Source of the DNA: Candidatus Thorarchaeota archaeon
GTDB lineage: Archaea > Asgardarchaeota > Thorarchaeia > Thorarchaeales > Thorarchaeaceae
Assembly: GCA_008080745.1 (NCBI GenBank)
Contig: SHMX01000003.1
Span: 94,971 to 158,970 of the forward strand
DNA: 64,000 nt
Direction: 5' to 3'
The notes beneath the pieces are model-generated. The model saw nothing but the letters and a program-made list of their open reading frames with translations, ran no database searches and was not told the DNA's origin. Positions 11,001 to 19,431 of the stretch are shown here, one piece after another; within the stretch, counting starts at the first letter, position 1; the number at the start of each line of letters is the position of its first letter. The position numbers and the translations under genes were made by a program.

Positions 11001-11317
11001 TCTCCGCCAAATTTACCAGCAATATTATTTCCGTTGATTTTGATAATGATTTGGCTCAACCAGTTCTCACAGGTCAAAAGTCATCTTATGTTTTTGCAGA
11101 GGATGACCTACCTTATGAAATACAGAAAGAGGGCATTAAATCTGCAGTTTCAATTCCCATCATTCTGGTTGGAAAAATTGTAGCAATTATTAACCTTGCT
11201 TCAAGAAAAGAAGTAGCACTAGCTGAAAATACTCTGAGAATAATCGAAGCTATTTCTAACTTGGCTGGAGAAACAATTCTTCGAATGCAGAATAAGGGAA
11301 TATCTCTCGATATATAG
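8015..11317 (+). CDS. Sensor protein: N-terminal wHTH, at least 6 PAS domains, C-terminal GAF domain; no kinase/output domain
   Basis: MTILDVANSIGMNRNTVARYLDVLRISGQIE wHTH; repeated PAS blocks each followed by a coiled-coil linker (EELRRSEEKYRTL, LEESEKKHRTL, EDSEQKYRSL, EESEIRYRSL); C-terminal GAF-like domain; ATG start. Confidence 0.8.
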   Translation: MPQSYQRELEKIKEVLRENPRGMTILDVANSIGMNRNTVARYLDVLRISGQIEMRAFGSAKVFFLSHRVPVSALIDFSSDALVVVDEHLKIIQVNENFLNMIQMKRKDVEGLYLTDLKSSLFRKSSIVTKIKEAFDEKTNQDIPFEASSGSQYFLVRTIPTSFDTGSPGVTTIFEDITEHKRAEEELRRSEEKYRTLADESPVGIVIFIGNDIKYINTAFSKMVGRNREEILTFQINDTLQYVDERDRERIIKRIEKSDISFKEMELIRIIRPTGETRWIEARSNTIIYEGQQAIQVLLIDATDRKLAQEALEESEKKHRTLVESMSDMVFVFDKDDRYVEYYSSKDAELYAEPDEFLGTHISKTLPPNVYKPYIEYAKVVRDTGQKAQYDYELKINGKNQWFACVLTRSEEQGNIIASVRNITQRKEIEQELKQVLERTQKLESIVNRGPVIVISLLIDKKLTVKFVSENISRLGYSAVDFIKEDRNWIDIIHPEDIGMVREQLNQLEYSNQESNQIYRIITNEGDIRWVSVAIRVLSNRDEKPVHIQGIIHDITEQKEVLQALEDSEQKYRSLVEESLQGIVVLQNGKVVFANDAYCKITGMHREKLYAMEPEETWKVIHPEDVAKLKKRNKTRAQGGYVNPYFAFRYIISDGSIRYVESYSSIINYGGKEALQVLVIDVTSQTEAEVALEESEIRYRSLVETSLHGIIIMQGDRSIYVNNAFCQIIGLAREELLDMKFDEIKRYIHPDDREERVLRFRKWIDGIATENKSEFRLIRPSGEIRYVKAYLSSMEVREDRMMQVQIIDITERRLAEKKLDMAQESKQCLLNTIQDFLFVLDVDGKIIEINPTVTKHLGYSSGDLINTDFSKLFSKEEQIKTVLEIVLHKGSAKRKQIIRSKYGKDIPIETNFSIGPWLGKDAILVLAQDITEQVETDKLMSLQRELGFKLSFMSDLTEALSYILEVILKEGGLDAGGIYLTNFEERKLELFVSRGLSAKFTSNIISVDFDNDLAQPVLTGQKSSYVFAEDDLPYEIQKEGIKSAVSIPIILVGKIVAIINLASRKEVALAENTLRIIEAISNLAGETILRMQNKGISLDI

Positions 11318-11632
11318 AAAACTATTCGTAAAAATAAATAATGCTGCAAGGCAGCAATGCATAACAATCTGCACGCTAATCGAAGGGTTTTATAACTTCA
11401 ATATAGGTACCAAACGTGAACAGCAGCTGCACAAAATCTGATGGTCCCTTAGGCACACACCAAAATCATCAGAAGTAGCTGTTCGTGACTTGCTCGCATC
11501 AAAGTGGTTCGGCCTCTCCGCCGAGCCACACACTATCTATCTTCTTTAGGGGCTAATATACACTATCCACATCATATCGAAAGATAGTGTGACAGAATCA
11601 CATATGGACTCTGTGATTTTGCATCTAAAGTA

Positions 11633-12778
11633 TTACTTTCTAACAAGATTACGAAGTTTATCTGCTGAGAACTCGTGAAGACGTTCTTTAGCTTCCTCAC
11701 GTGCAGCTTGATGCTTCTCAAGAAACTCCATCATTCTGGGTACGAGAATCTGCTTACAAGCACCACAGAGAATATCTCCACTTACACATTTCATTCTAAT
11801 ATCAGCAAGTTCTTTGTCATCAGGCATGAAGATGAAAGTGTAATACTTGAAAACAGAACAAATCTCTGGATTAGCTCCAAGTTCTCGTTGTTCTTTGGCA
11901 GTCGTTCTTCCACCCGTAAAGGCAGCTAACACCTTCTTCTTAGCCTTCTTTGGAGAATCGGTCGTATAAATAGCAGACATAGGATCAGAAGATGACATCT
12001 TTCCCCCTTCTTGAAGACCAGGAACAAACTTGTTTTGGATAGATGCTGGTTTATAGTAGCCAAGTTTTTCCGCTACGTCTCGCGTAATTCTCCAGTATGG
12101 ATCTTGATCAATAGCACAGGGAATAATACATGGTGTCTTCCTTTCATGAATCCAAGAGTGTAAGAAGGCAGGAACTGCTTGCATAGATGGATAGAAGATA
12201 CCCCCAATATTCATGCTATTCTCAAATCCAAAAACAGCGCGTGCTGTAGAAAACGTGACTTTCTTCGCCACTTTTACAGCTAATTCATACATCAAATCGA
12301 TATGCTTAATGTCATCCAAGATGAATGTTTTCTCAGGATCGAATCCTGTGGCGATGACATCTAGTGCATTATCTCTAGTCAATTCATGAACCTGTTCATA
12401 GGTCATATCTTGATCGAACCAGAACTTCTCATCATTGGTTAACTGGAAGTAGAGTGGGACTTTGAAACAATCTTGCATCCATTTTGTGAACATCCAGGGA
12501 ACGAGGTGACCGATATGGACATCGCCACTGGGGCCTCTTCCAGTGTAAAGAATGAACTTATTGCCCTTCTCATATTCTTTCATGACCCAATCAAGATCCC
12601 GATGGGAAAAGAATAACTCTCGGTCTAGAAGGATATGGCTTTCTCCGGCAATTTTCTCAATCTTTTTTCTTAATTTCTCATCGATTCTTTCAGTACCAAA
12701 TTCTTCGATGAGACGATCGTAGTCGATAGTACCCTTGACTTCCCAAGGGGTGACTAGCATATCATCTTCGTTAGTCAT
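11633..12778 (-). CDS. trpS: Tryptophanyl-tRNA synthetase (archaeal/eukaryotic type)
   Basis: HIGH (PSGDVHIGHLVP) and KMSKS-type (GKMSSSDP) class-I motifs; length and overall sequence typical of archaeal TrpRS. Confidence 0.9.
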   Translation of the reverse strand: MTNEDDMLVTPWEVKGTIDYDRLIEEFGTERIDEKLRKKIEKIAGESHILLDRELFFSHRDLDWVMKEYEKGNKFILYTGRGPSGDVHIGHLVPWMFTKWMQDCFKVPLYFQLTNDEKFWFDQDMTYEQVHELTRDNALDVIATGFDPEKTFILDDIKHIDLMYELAVKVAKKVTFSTARAVFGFENSMNIGGIFYPSMQAVPAFLHSWIHERKTPCIIPCAIDQDPYWRITRDVAEKLGYYKPASIQNKFVPGLQEGGKMSSSDPMSAIYTTDSPKKAKKKVLAAFTGGRTTAKEQRELGANPEICSVFKYYTFIFMPDDKELADIRMKCVSGDILCGACKQILVPRMMEFLEKHQAAREEAKERLHEFSADKLRNLVRK

Positions 12779-12889
12779 GGATGTTCACCTTTTTGTTATT
12801 CTCGTTGCATATGAGGGGGCAATTAAGCATAATGGTGAGAAAGATATGGTTATTGGCACATCCAACTAACTTAAGAGTGATAATGCAAA

Positions 12890-13186
12890 ATGGAAATTCT
12901 AGCGAACCTTTGGAGTTCATTCATAATAGCAGGTGGAAATTTCTTGCGTATAGACGAATTCGAGTTCGAAGAAGAAAAGACCCTCAGTGCAGTCGCAGAA
13001 TTGCTTGAGAAGATGGCAAAAGAAATCCGTGATGGGGAAACATTGGAGCTTCCGATGCCCAGTCTAAAATCAGAAGTAATTGAATTACCCCTTGGCGAAC
13101 CAATAGAGACCAGCCTTGAAGTGAATATTCGAAAGAAGGCAATTCGGCTCAATCTGGTTATGCGTTGGAATGCCAGAGAGGAGTAA
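12890..13186 (+). CDS. Hypothetical small acidic protein (98 aa; real start may be the internal MAKEIRDG)
   Basis: ORF directly upstream of the PhoU-like gene with a 12-nt gap; amphipathic helix then a beta-rich tail (EVIELPLGEPIETSLEVNIRKK). Confidence 0.3.
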   Translation: MEILANLWSSFIIAGGNFLRIDEFEFEEEKTLSAVAELLEKMAKEIRDGETLELPMPSLKSEVIELPLGEPIETSLEVNIRKKAIRLNLVMRWNAREE

Positions 13187-13198
13187 GGAGGTGATATT

Positions 13199-13819
13199 TT
13201 GAGCAAAGTTAACAAAGACAGAGAAATTATCATCAAAGGATTGGGAGAAATTGGTGGAATCTTAGTTCAAGTTGCTTCTGCCGTAGACACCGAACTAAGC
13301 TGTCCTACGAGATGTACGAACTCAGAATGGAAGGAAGTCCGTAAAAAGACCATTAGGCATTTACAGGAAGTTATACCCAAATACTCAATGTCACTTACAC
13401 TACCTCAAGATGAAATGGGTATTAGCGCACAAGCAGCTATTGCTACGCTCATGAAAATCCAATATGCATATACTCACATCATCGTGATGCTGGATATGAT
13501 TAGAGGAGAGGAGTTTAGAGAGGTATACTTGGACTCATTAATCGATATCTCGAAAAAAGTAAATGAAGCAATGCTCACATTCCATTCATCAATGCTGAGT
13601 TATGATGCAACCCAGCAGTCTCTAAAAAGTGGTCTGGAAATCATTAAGAAATTGGAGAGGCAAATAGATGAGGAGAACATAATCATCTGCCGTCAGATAT
13701 CTGTTGCCACAGGAGGAGATTCAGGGTTCATATCGTATATCATGAGAAAGATAGTTGGTGAGCTTGAACATATTTCTGATTATCTTGAAGACTGTATGGA
13801 AATTATCGAGGATCTTTGA
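13199..13819 (+). CDS. PhoU-like/DUF47-like helical regulator candidate
   Basis: All-alpha 206-aa protein with two repeated acidic helical halves; purine-rich ggaggtg stretch upstream; 11 nt before the NhaP gene (likely co-transcribed). Confidence 0.4.
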   Translation: MSKVNKDREIIIKGLGEIGGILVQVASAVDTELSCPTRCTNSEWKEVRKKTIRHLQEVIPKYSMSLTLPQDEMGISAQAAIATLMKIQYAYTHIIVMLDMIRGEEFREVYLDSLIDISKKVNEAMLTFHSSMLSYDATQQSLKSGLEIIKKLERQIDEENIIICRQISVATGGDSGFISYIMRKIVGELEHISDYLEDCMEIIEDL

Positions 13820-13830
13820 GGTGTCTATGA

Positions 13831-15498
13831 GTGGCAGCAGAGCAATACCTGATTGTGGGAGTGCTGATAGTTGGAGCTGCTTTGGCAAAAGTAGCTGAGA
13901 AATACCGATTGCCCTACCCCATACCCCTAATTATAGCAGGAATAGTGCTTGGACAGGCATTACCAAATGAGGGTATACCAGAAGCGTTGGGGCTCGAATT
14001 CATTGCACAACTGACTCTGGCAACAGTTTTGTTCTATGCTGGACTGACTATGAATCTCAAAGAATTACGATTATCTCTACCGGTGGTAGCACTATTAGCA
14101 TCGGTAGGTGTTCTTCTCACATCAATAATTGCGGGCGGCGCAATATACCTAGCATTCTCTGGAATTGGTCTAACAGCATTTCTCATCGGAGCTATTCTAT
14201 CACCTACTGATCCTGCAGCCCTTTTTTCGGTTCTTGAGTCGGGAGGGGTTAGAGTAAAGCGAAAAATATACTCTATTCTCGAAGGAGAAGCAGTTTTCAA
14301 TGATGCTACATCAGTCATTTTGGTCATCACAGTTTTCGAACCATTGATAGCAGTAAATCTGATAGGAGACCCCAGTCTAGCTCAGCCATGGTTCATTATT
14401 TTGGCTCAATTTATTGGTAGTTTAATCTTTGGAGTAATTATTGCGTTCGTAATAGCTCGTATCATTGGAGATGCAATACTCCGAGCAGGTGACCAAACTA
14501 ATATCACTATTCTGACTGCAACAACACCTATACTCGCATATGGCGTCGGAGAGATGTTGACATTTCTTGGATTTCATCCTGGTGCAATGGCTGCAGTCTT
14601 TACAGGAATATTCATGGCTAATGCCAAATCGGTCAATCTTGATGTTCTACCACAGCAATCCATGAGAAACACCACAAAAAATGTTTCATTTGCCTTTGAA
14701 ATAGTAGTATTCATATTAATGGGTTATACGCTCAATCTTGAATTTGTCACTGGAGTATTTGTAGGAACTCAAGTGCCAGTATTATTGGTCGGTGCTGTAG
14801 TTGCATTCCTTGTGATATTCGTCGCAAGACCTGTATCGGTGTTCTTAATTACAGCATCGGATAGGACTATGGATTGGAAAGATCGATTCTTTATCAGCTG
14901 GGCAGGGGTCAAAGGTGTAGCAAGTGCTGCTTTGGCAGCTATTGCGGTTTCTGTATTGGTTCATTCAATTCCTGAAGGTACTCCACAGTTGATTGTTGAT
15001 CAGGTTCATATTGCAGCGGATACGATCACCGGAATCGTCTTCATTGTCCTGATGATAAGTTTGGTAGTCCAAGGAGTAACTGCCCCCATTTTCGCTAAAC
15101 GCCTTGGTTTGGAAGAAGAAATGGATGTCTTTGACGAATTATCTGCAAGGCGTAATGCTACCCGTCATGCTCTACTTCGACTGGTTGACGAGTACACCGA
15201 AGGAAAGATAGATCCAGAAATTTATCGTAGATTAAAATCTGAACTTGAAGAAGAAATATATCAATTGGAAGATGAATTGAGAAAGATGGTTCAAGAGAAA
15301 CGTGCCAGACTTCTGGAGATAGCTATGCGTGAGGAGATTTGTAAGAGCAAGCTCTCCTACTACGAGGAAGAATATGAAAAGGGTAAAATCCCAGAGGTCG
15401 TCTATGATGATAGAAAGGATGAAATCGAGGCTGAAATCAATGAGCTCTCAGTTATGAGAAGACATTGTGCTGAGGGAAAAACCGAACCTCAAGATTAG
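13831..15498 (+). CDS. nhaP: Na+/H+ antiporter, CPA1 family (NhaP type) with C-terminal cytoplasmic coiled-coil domain
   Basis: About 12 TM helices; LSPTDPAALFSVLE (NhaP TDP motif) and EGEAVFNDATSVIL; C-terminal roughly 130 aa charged helical tail. Confidence 0.85.
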   Translation: MAAEQYLIVGVLIVGAALAKVAEKYRLPYPIPLIIAGIVLGQALPNEGIPEALGLEFIAQLTLATVLFYAGLTMNLKELRLSLPVVALLASVGVLLTSIIAGGAIYLAFSGIGLTAFLIGAILSPTDPAALFSVLESGGVRVKRKIYSILEGEAVFNDATSVILVITVFEPLIAVNLIGDPSLAQPWFIILAQFIGSLIFGVIIAFVIARIIGDAILRAGDQTNITILTATTPILAYGVGEMLTFLGFHPGAMAAVFTGIFMANAKSVNLDVLPQQSMRNTTKNVSFAFEIVVFILMGYTLNLEFVTGVFVGTQVPVLLVGAVVAFLVIFVARPVSVFLITASDRTMDWKDRFFISWAGVKGVASAALAAIAVSVLVHSIPEGTPQLIVDQVHIAADTITGIVFIVLMISLVVQGVTAPIFAKRLGLEEEMDVFDELSARRNATRHALLRLVDEYTEGKIDPEIYRRLKSELEEEIYQLEDELRKMVQEKRARLLEIAMREEICKSKLSYYEEEYEKGKIPEVVYDDRKDEIEAEINELSVMRRHCAEGKTEPQD

Positions 15499-16151
15499 TA
15501 TGAAGCCTTCTTGTAAATATCAGGTATCCGGATGCCAGTTTTCCCATTAAAGACGTCTCGTAGAAGTTCAAAATGCTCATCAAGGTCTTTCAGGAGTTTC
15601 TCTAAAGCATTTGGCTCTATGTTTGGCTCAGCAGTCCAGATTGTAAGATAATTACTCACAACACCGAGTTCAACTCCACCTTCCTCAAGATCACGGAAAA
15701 TGGTGATTTTAACAAGGAACTCAGCCTCAAACATGTCCAATACTTCATGCACACTGATAATAATAAGGTCAAGAAAACCAATTAGGTCTTCAAGTTCTGG
15801 AGAATTCTCTATACTTCCTCTAAGTGATTCCGTAAAAGTTTGAATTGTTGAAGCCTTTTGCTTCAAGGTCTCGAACATCCGCATTAGTTTTGAGAATTCT
15901 TTTATTGAAGATTCGAGAGCAGGAACCAATTTATCGAATAGATTTACAAGAAGTTTGCCACGTGCATTCTCGCGGATATTTTGATATCCATCAAGTTTAC
16001 CTAGTGGCCCGTCGAGATGTTCAATCTGAACTAGAGTGTTTGTAACAGCTTGTATAGACTTGACAGAGCTACGTTGGATTTTAGACCAACGTTCAACAAA
16101 TGAATCGATGCCTTCACGCAAATCTTCAAGGATTTCTAACTCTCTGGCCAA
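15495..16151 (-). CDS. Hypothetical coiled-coil protein (218 aa), last gene of the helicase operon
   Basis: All-helical acidic ORF; stop overlaps the nhaP stop convergently (4 nt). Confidence 0.45.
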   Translation of the reverse strand: MARELEILEDLREGIDSFVERWSKIQRSSVKSIQAVTNTLVQIEHLDGPLGKLDGYQNIRENARGKLLVNLFDKLVPALESSIKEFSKLMRMFETLKQKASTIQTFTESLRGSIENSPELEDLIGFLDLIIISVHEVLDMFEAEFLVKITIFRDLEEGGVELGVVSNYLTIWTAEPNIEPNALEKLLKDLDEHFELLRDVFNGKTGIRIPDIYKKASY

Positions 16152-16242
16152 GGTATATTCTCCACCCTTACCAATGTATTACAGCATATAACTCATTCTG
16201 CGTTGGCATTACAGACATGGAAATTATGTTGAAAGTACCATA

Positions 16243-18717
16243 CTAGGAGATTCCAGAAGTATCGACATCGCCTTTGACTCGTCCAAATACAGCTCGGAGT
16301 ACATCATAGCCCCCTGTTGCTGCACCAACTACATCACCTGTAAATAGAGACAGCAAGACATTAGCAGCTTTGGCAGGTGTGCTGGTCTTCTTTCTAAGAT
16401 CTTTTACGCGAGTTGAAAAGCTATGCCATAATTCACGGGTTGTACCTCGTTCAAGCACACCTTCTTCCTCTAGTGCTTTGATGAGATTTGAACCAACTTG
16501 TCCCTCAGTCGCAAAGCCACATACCAGCTCCAGAGCCTCTCTCGCTTCCGGATCGTCTGAAGACCGTTCCATTAAATCAACAAAAGCTCTTGTGGTGGAT
16601 TCCACGGTGTCAAAAAGATCAAGTAGTTTAATCTTCTGAATCGCAGATAAATCGGATTGAAGTGTAAGATCAATTGTTCGTTCAATATCACCAAAGTCCA
16701 CAAATGAAAGGTCTCGGCCCTTCAAACTATGTTTCATAGAATCAGTAACACTGGTTATGAGCCCAACGAACTTGTTTCCACGAAGGACTTTCAATATATT
16801 CTGAACAGTTCGTTTTTCTTTATCAGATAGTATCGCTTCATCAGATTCAAGATGGATTAAGAAATCTCTGAAATTCGGTTCGAACATTTCTAGTTCCATC
16901 TTCAATCGGTCAACACTCTTGCGGCTTTTTGAGTCGTAGGATAAGTCATCCTGTTGATGCACATATATTAAAGTTGAATATTCAATTGCTTGCTTCCAGA
17001 CTGGTTCTAGTGCATTATCAAGAATACCTTTAGCAAGCACAGAGTCAATTTCCTGTTCATAGAACTTCTGTAGTTCATCATCTAGTTCTTTTTTCTTTGC
17101 TAGACGTCCTCGTTCCAGAAGAGCAACATGATTAAGCAGGAGGAGAATATCAAACTCAGTAGGTTCGGAGCCATTTTCAGCGATAATATTGAGACCCTCA
17201 AAGAACCTTGAAATCTGTTCATGCGAAAGATTACTCTCAAATGCATATCCTCCCAATGGAGTTAATTGTAGCTCTCCGTTCTTCTTTTCAATGAGAGGTT
17301 GTTTCATTTTCAACATCTGTTTGAGAACCCTAGAGGTTGACCCTTTTTTATAGAATAATCCAAGAGCTTTTGATACCTCCTTTCTTTCATCATCCTTACT
17401 CAATAATCCGAGACCAATATTGCCTAACAGAATCTTCGAAAGTTGACTATTATTCAAAAAACGAGTTGGTAGCTTTGGTGAGCTGTAGACACGCTCTAAT
17501 TCACTAACATCCGTGATACTCTTAGTGAAGACGGTACAGTCTCCAGCCCTTCCTTTTCCTCTACGCATTCGTACAGCACGAGCCATCATTGATTGTCTAA
17601 ATATTTCATCTATGCCAGGCGCACCCATCACAACGTGAGAAACGGGAGTATTAACACCGTAAGCTAGAGCCTCTGTACCAAATAGAAATCGTATGTATTT
17701 TCTTCTGAATGCCCATTCAATGAACCAACGTTGAGCCTCGTCCATCTGACCGTGATAGCATCCAATACCCTGCTCAATCTGAGGATAATTAGGATATTCC
17801 AATTCTTTCAGAACACTTGATACTTTTTCTAATCGCTCTCGGATGATGTGTTCTATATCATAGGATACAGCCTCACCAAGTTCAGGACCATTCTCCTCGA
17901 CGAAGTTTGTAATTTGATCTATCGAGTTAATGTAGACAAGAGTACGCGATCCGTCATCAGCTAAATCAAGTAGATGTTCAGTGAATTTCGTTTCTTTTTC
18001 CTTTGTTGATTTATAATTTACTAGACGTATATCTGGAGGATCGTACTCCTTGTCATCAATAATCATTTTCACATCAAATGCTTTAGCTAGACGGTCAGGT
18101 TCATCAAATTGTGCTGATAGAACAAGCAACCGTGGAGAGCTTGCAACCTGAGCCTTGACAAATTTGATAATCTCGAAAAGCATTGGTCCTCTAATAGGAT
18201 CATGAATAATGGAATGTGTATCATCAGCAACCAATACGCGAAGGTTTCTTGTTAGGAGCCAATCACGGGTTTGTTTTATTCGAATCATCTCAAGCATAGC
18301 ATCGGGAGTAGCAACAATCACATTGGGAGTGAAGCCCTTTGATATCTGCAGAACAGATTGGTTGTCGCGTATTTCACCCACTACAACCATTGGACGTAAG
18401 AACCAACCAAAGAACTGACTGATAGTTGCAGATGTGTCGCGTGCAGATGCATGAAATGGCGCTAAAATAATGGCTAATTCATTTGCCTCACTATCAGAAG
18501 ATTCTTCCTTACGCTTGCATATTGCCTTGAATATCTCATTAGCTATCAACAAACTTCCAGCAAAGCTTTTTCCTGTTCGAGACATGGACACAATACCAAA
18601 ATCATCGGTAGTCGTGTATAAGCCAGCTTTGGCTGCAACTCGTTGAACTTCATTCAATTTTTTTATTCCTAAAGCTTCGGATATTTTTGCAAGTGATGGC
18701 TCAAGAACGTCAATCAT
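16243..18717 (-). CDS. Divergent Ski2/Hel308-like superfamily-2 helicase with non-canonical motifs
   Basis: Motif I SRTGKS, motif II VLVADDTH (DDTH instead of DExH), motif III LSAQ, motif VI QSMMARAVRMRRG (GRAGR degenerated to ARAVR); C-terminal winged-helix/HhH-like region typical of Hel308/Ski2. Confidence 0.7.
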   Translation of the reverse strand: MIDVLEPSLAKISEALGIKKLNEVQRVAAKAGLYTTTDDFGIVSMSRTGKSFAGSLLIANEIFKAICKRKEESSDSEANELAIILAPFHASARDTSATISQFFGWFLRPMVVVGEIRDNQSVLQISKGFTPNVIVATPDAMLEMIRIKQTRDWLLTRNLRVLVADDTHSIIHDPIRGPMLFEIIKFVKAQVASSPRLLVLSAQFDEPDRLAKAFDVKMIIDDKEYDPPDIRLVNYKSTKEKETKFTEHLLDLADDGSRTLVYINSIDQITNFVEENGPELGEAVSYDIEHIIRERLEKVSSVLKELEYPNYPQIEQGIGCYHGQMDEAQRWFIEWAFRRKYIRFLFGTEALAYGVNTPVSHVVMGAPGIDEIFRQSMMARAVRMRRGKGRAGDCTVFTKSITDVSELERVYSSPKLPTRFLNNSQLSKILLGNIGLGLLSKDDERKEVSKALGLFYKKGSTSRVLKQMLKMKQPLIEKKNGELQLTPLGGYAFESNLSHEQISRFFEGLNIIAENGSEPTEFDILLLLNHVALLERGRLAKKKELDDELQKFYEQEIDSVLAKGILDNALEPVWKQAIEYSTLIYVHQQDDLSYDSKSRKSVDRLKMELEMFEPNFRDFLIHLESDEAILSDKEKRTVQNILKVLRGNKFVGLITSVTDSMKHSLKGRDLSFVDFGDIERTIDLTLQSDLSAIQKIKLLDLFDTVESTTRAFVDLMERSSDDPEAREALELVCGFATEGQVGSNLIKALEEEGVLERGTTRELWHSFSTRVKDLRKKTSTPAKAANVLLSLFTGDVVGAATGGYDVLRAVFGRVKGDVDTSGIS

Positions 18718-18773
18718 AAACGTGCTCTCCTATACTAGATGAAAAATCAAATAGAAATAAAGATTGCCCGAAA

Positions 18774-19313
18774 TCACGAGATGCCCAAACGTAGAAGATC
18801 GGACCTAGTAATAATCCCACTTAATCGCCCCTGACTAAGTATAAGAACAGCCTGATACATATCGAACAACGGAAGAATAGAATCGATAGGGGTATGCTCA
18901 TCAACTCTTGGAGGACCACTGGATTCGATAGCTGCGCCCACTGATATTTTTGTTAGATCATGGCGAAGATTTCTAATGATATCACGCTCAGTTATCATTC
19001 CAACAATTCTACCACTACGTACTACAGGTAATTGAGAATAACCATATTTTTGCATATCTTCAATTGCAGAAGCTACACTATTCCGTGCATCCATCGTCTT
19101 AGGATCGCGTGTCATAATATCCTCACAACGAATCTCTCTAGCCCTAGAAACAATATCCACTATTTTATTCACTATTGATAGTTTAGGGTCTAAAGTCCCT
19201 CTCTCCATTCTAGCAATATACGGTTGAGTAACTCCAACTGCTTCAGCCAAATCCAGCTGGGTAAGGCCCGCCACTTCTCGTAAATGTTTAAGTTTCTCTT
19301 TTGAAATGAGCAT
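18774..19313 (-). CDS. Transcriptional regulator, XRE-type HTH fused to a CBS-domain pair
   Basis: LKHLREVAGLTQLDLAEAVGVTQPYIARMERG HTH followed by two CBS-like units (IMTRDPKTM..., ILPLFDMYQAVLILSQGRLSGIITRSDLL). Confidence 0.75.
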   Translation of the reverse strand: MLISKEKLKHLREVAGLTQLDLAEAVGVTQPYIARMERGTLDPKLSIVNKIVDIVSRAREIRCEDIMTRDPKTMDARNSVASAIEDMQKYGYSQLPVVRSGRIVGMITERDIIRNLRHDLTKISVGAAIESSGPPRVDEHTPIDSILPLFDMYQAVLILSQGRLSGIITRSDLLRLGIS

Positions 19314-19431
19314 AATTTATCACTTAATGACTGTAGGTAATATTATTTTATGTAATATAACCAATAGTAATATGCTAACAAAAGGTATTTAACGTTATAG
19401 ACGCGGCACAAAAGGAAAGCAGTAGACTAAG

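Noticed and set aside
12781-13236. ORFs 12781-13008 (+) and 12871-13236 (-)
   Set aside because: Overlap the better-supported 12890-13186 ORF; Arg/Ser-rich low-complexity translations typical of wrong-frame reads.
16370-18418. Plus-strand ORFs 16370-16639 and 18209-18418
   Set aside because: Antisense to the helicase gene; Ser/Arg-rich shadow translations.
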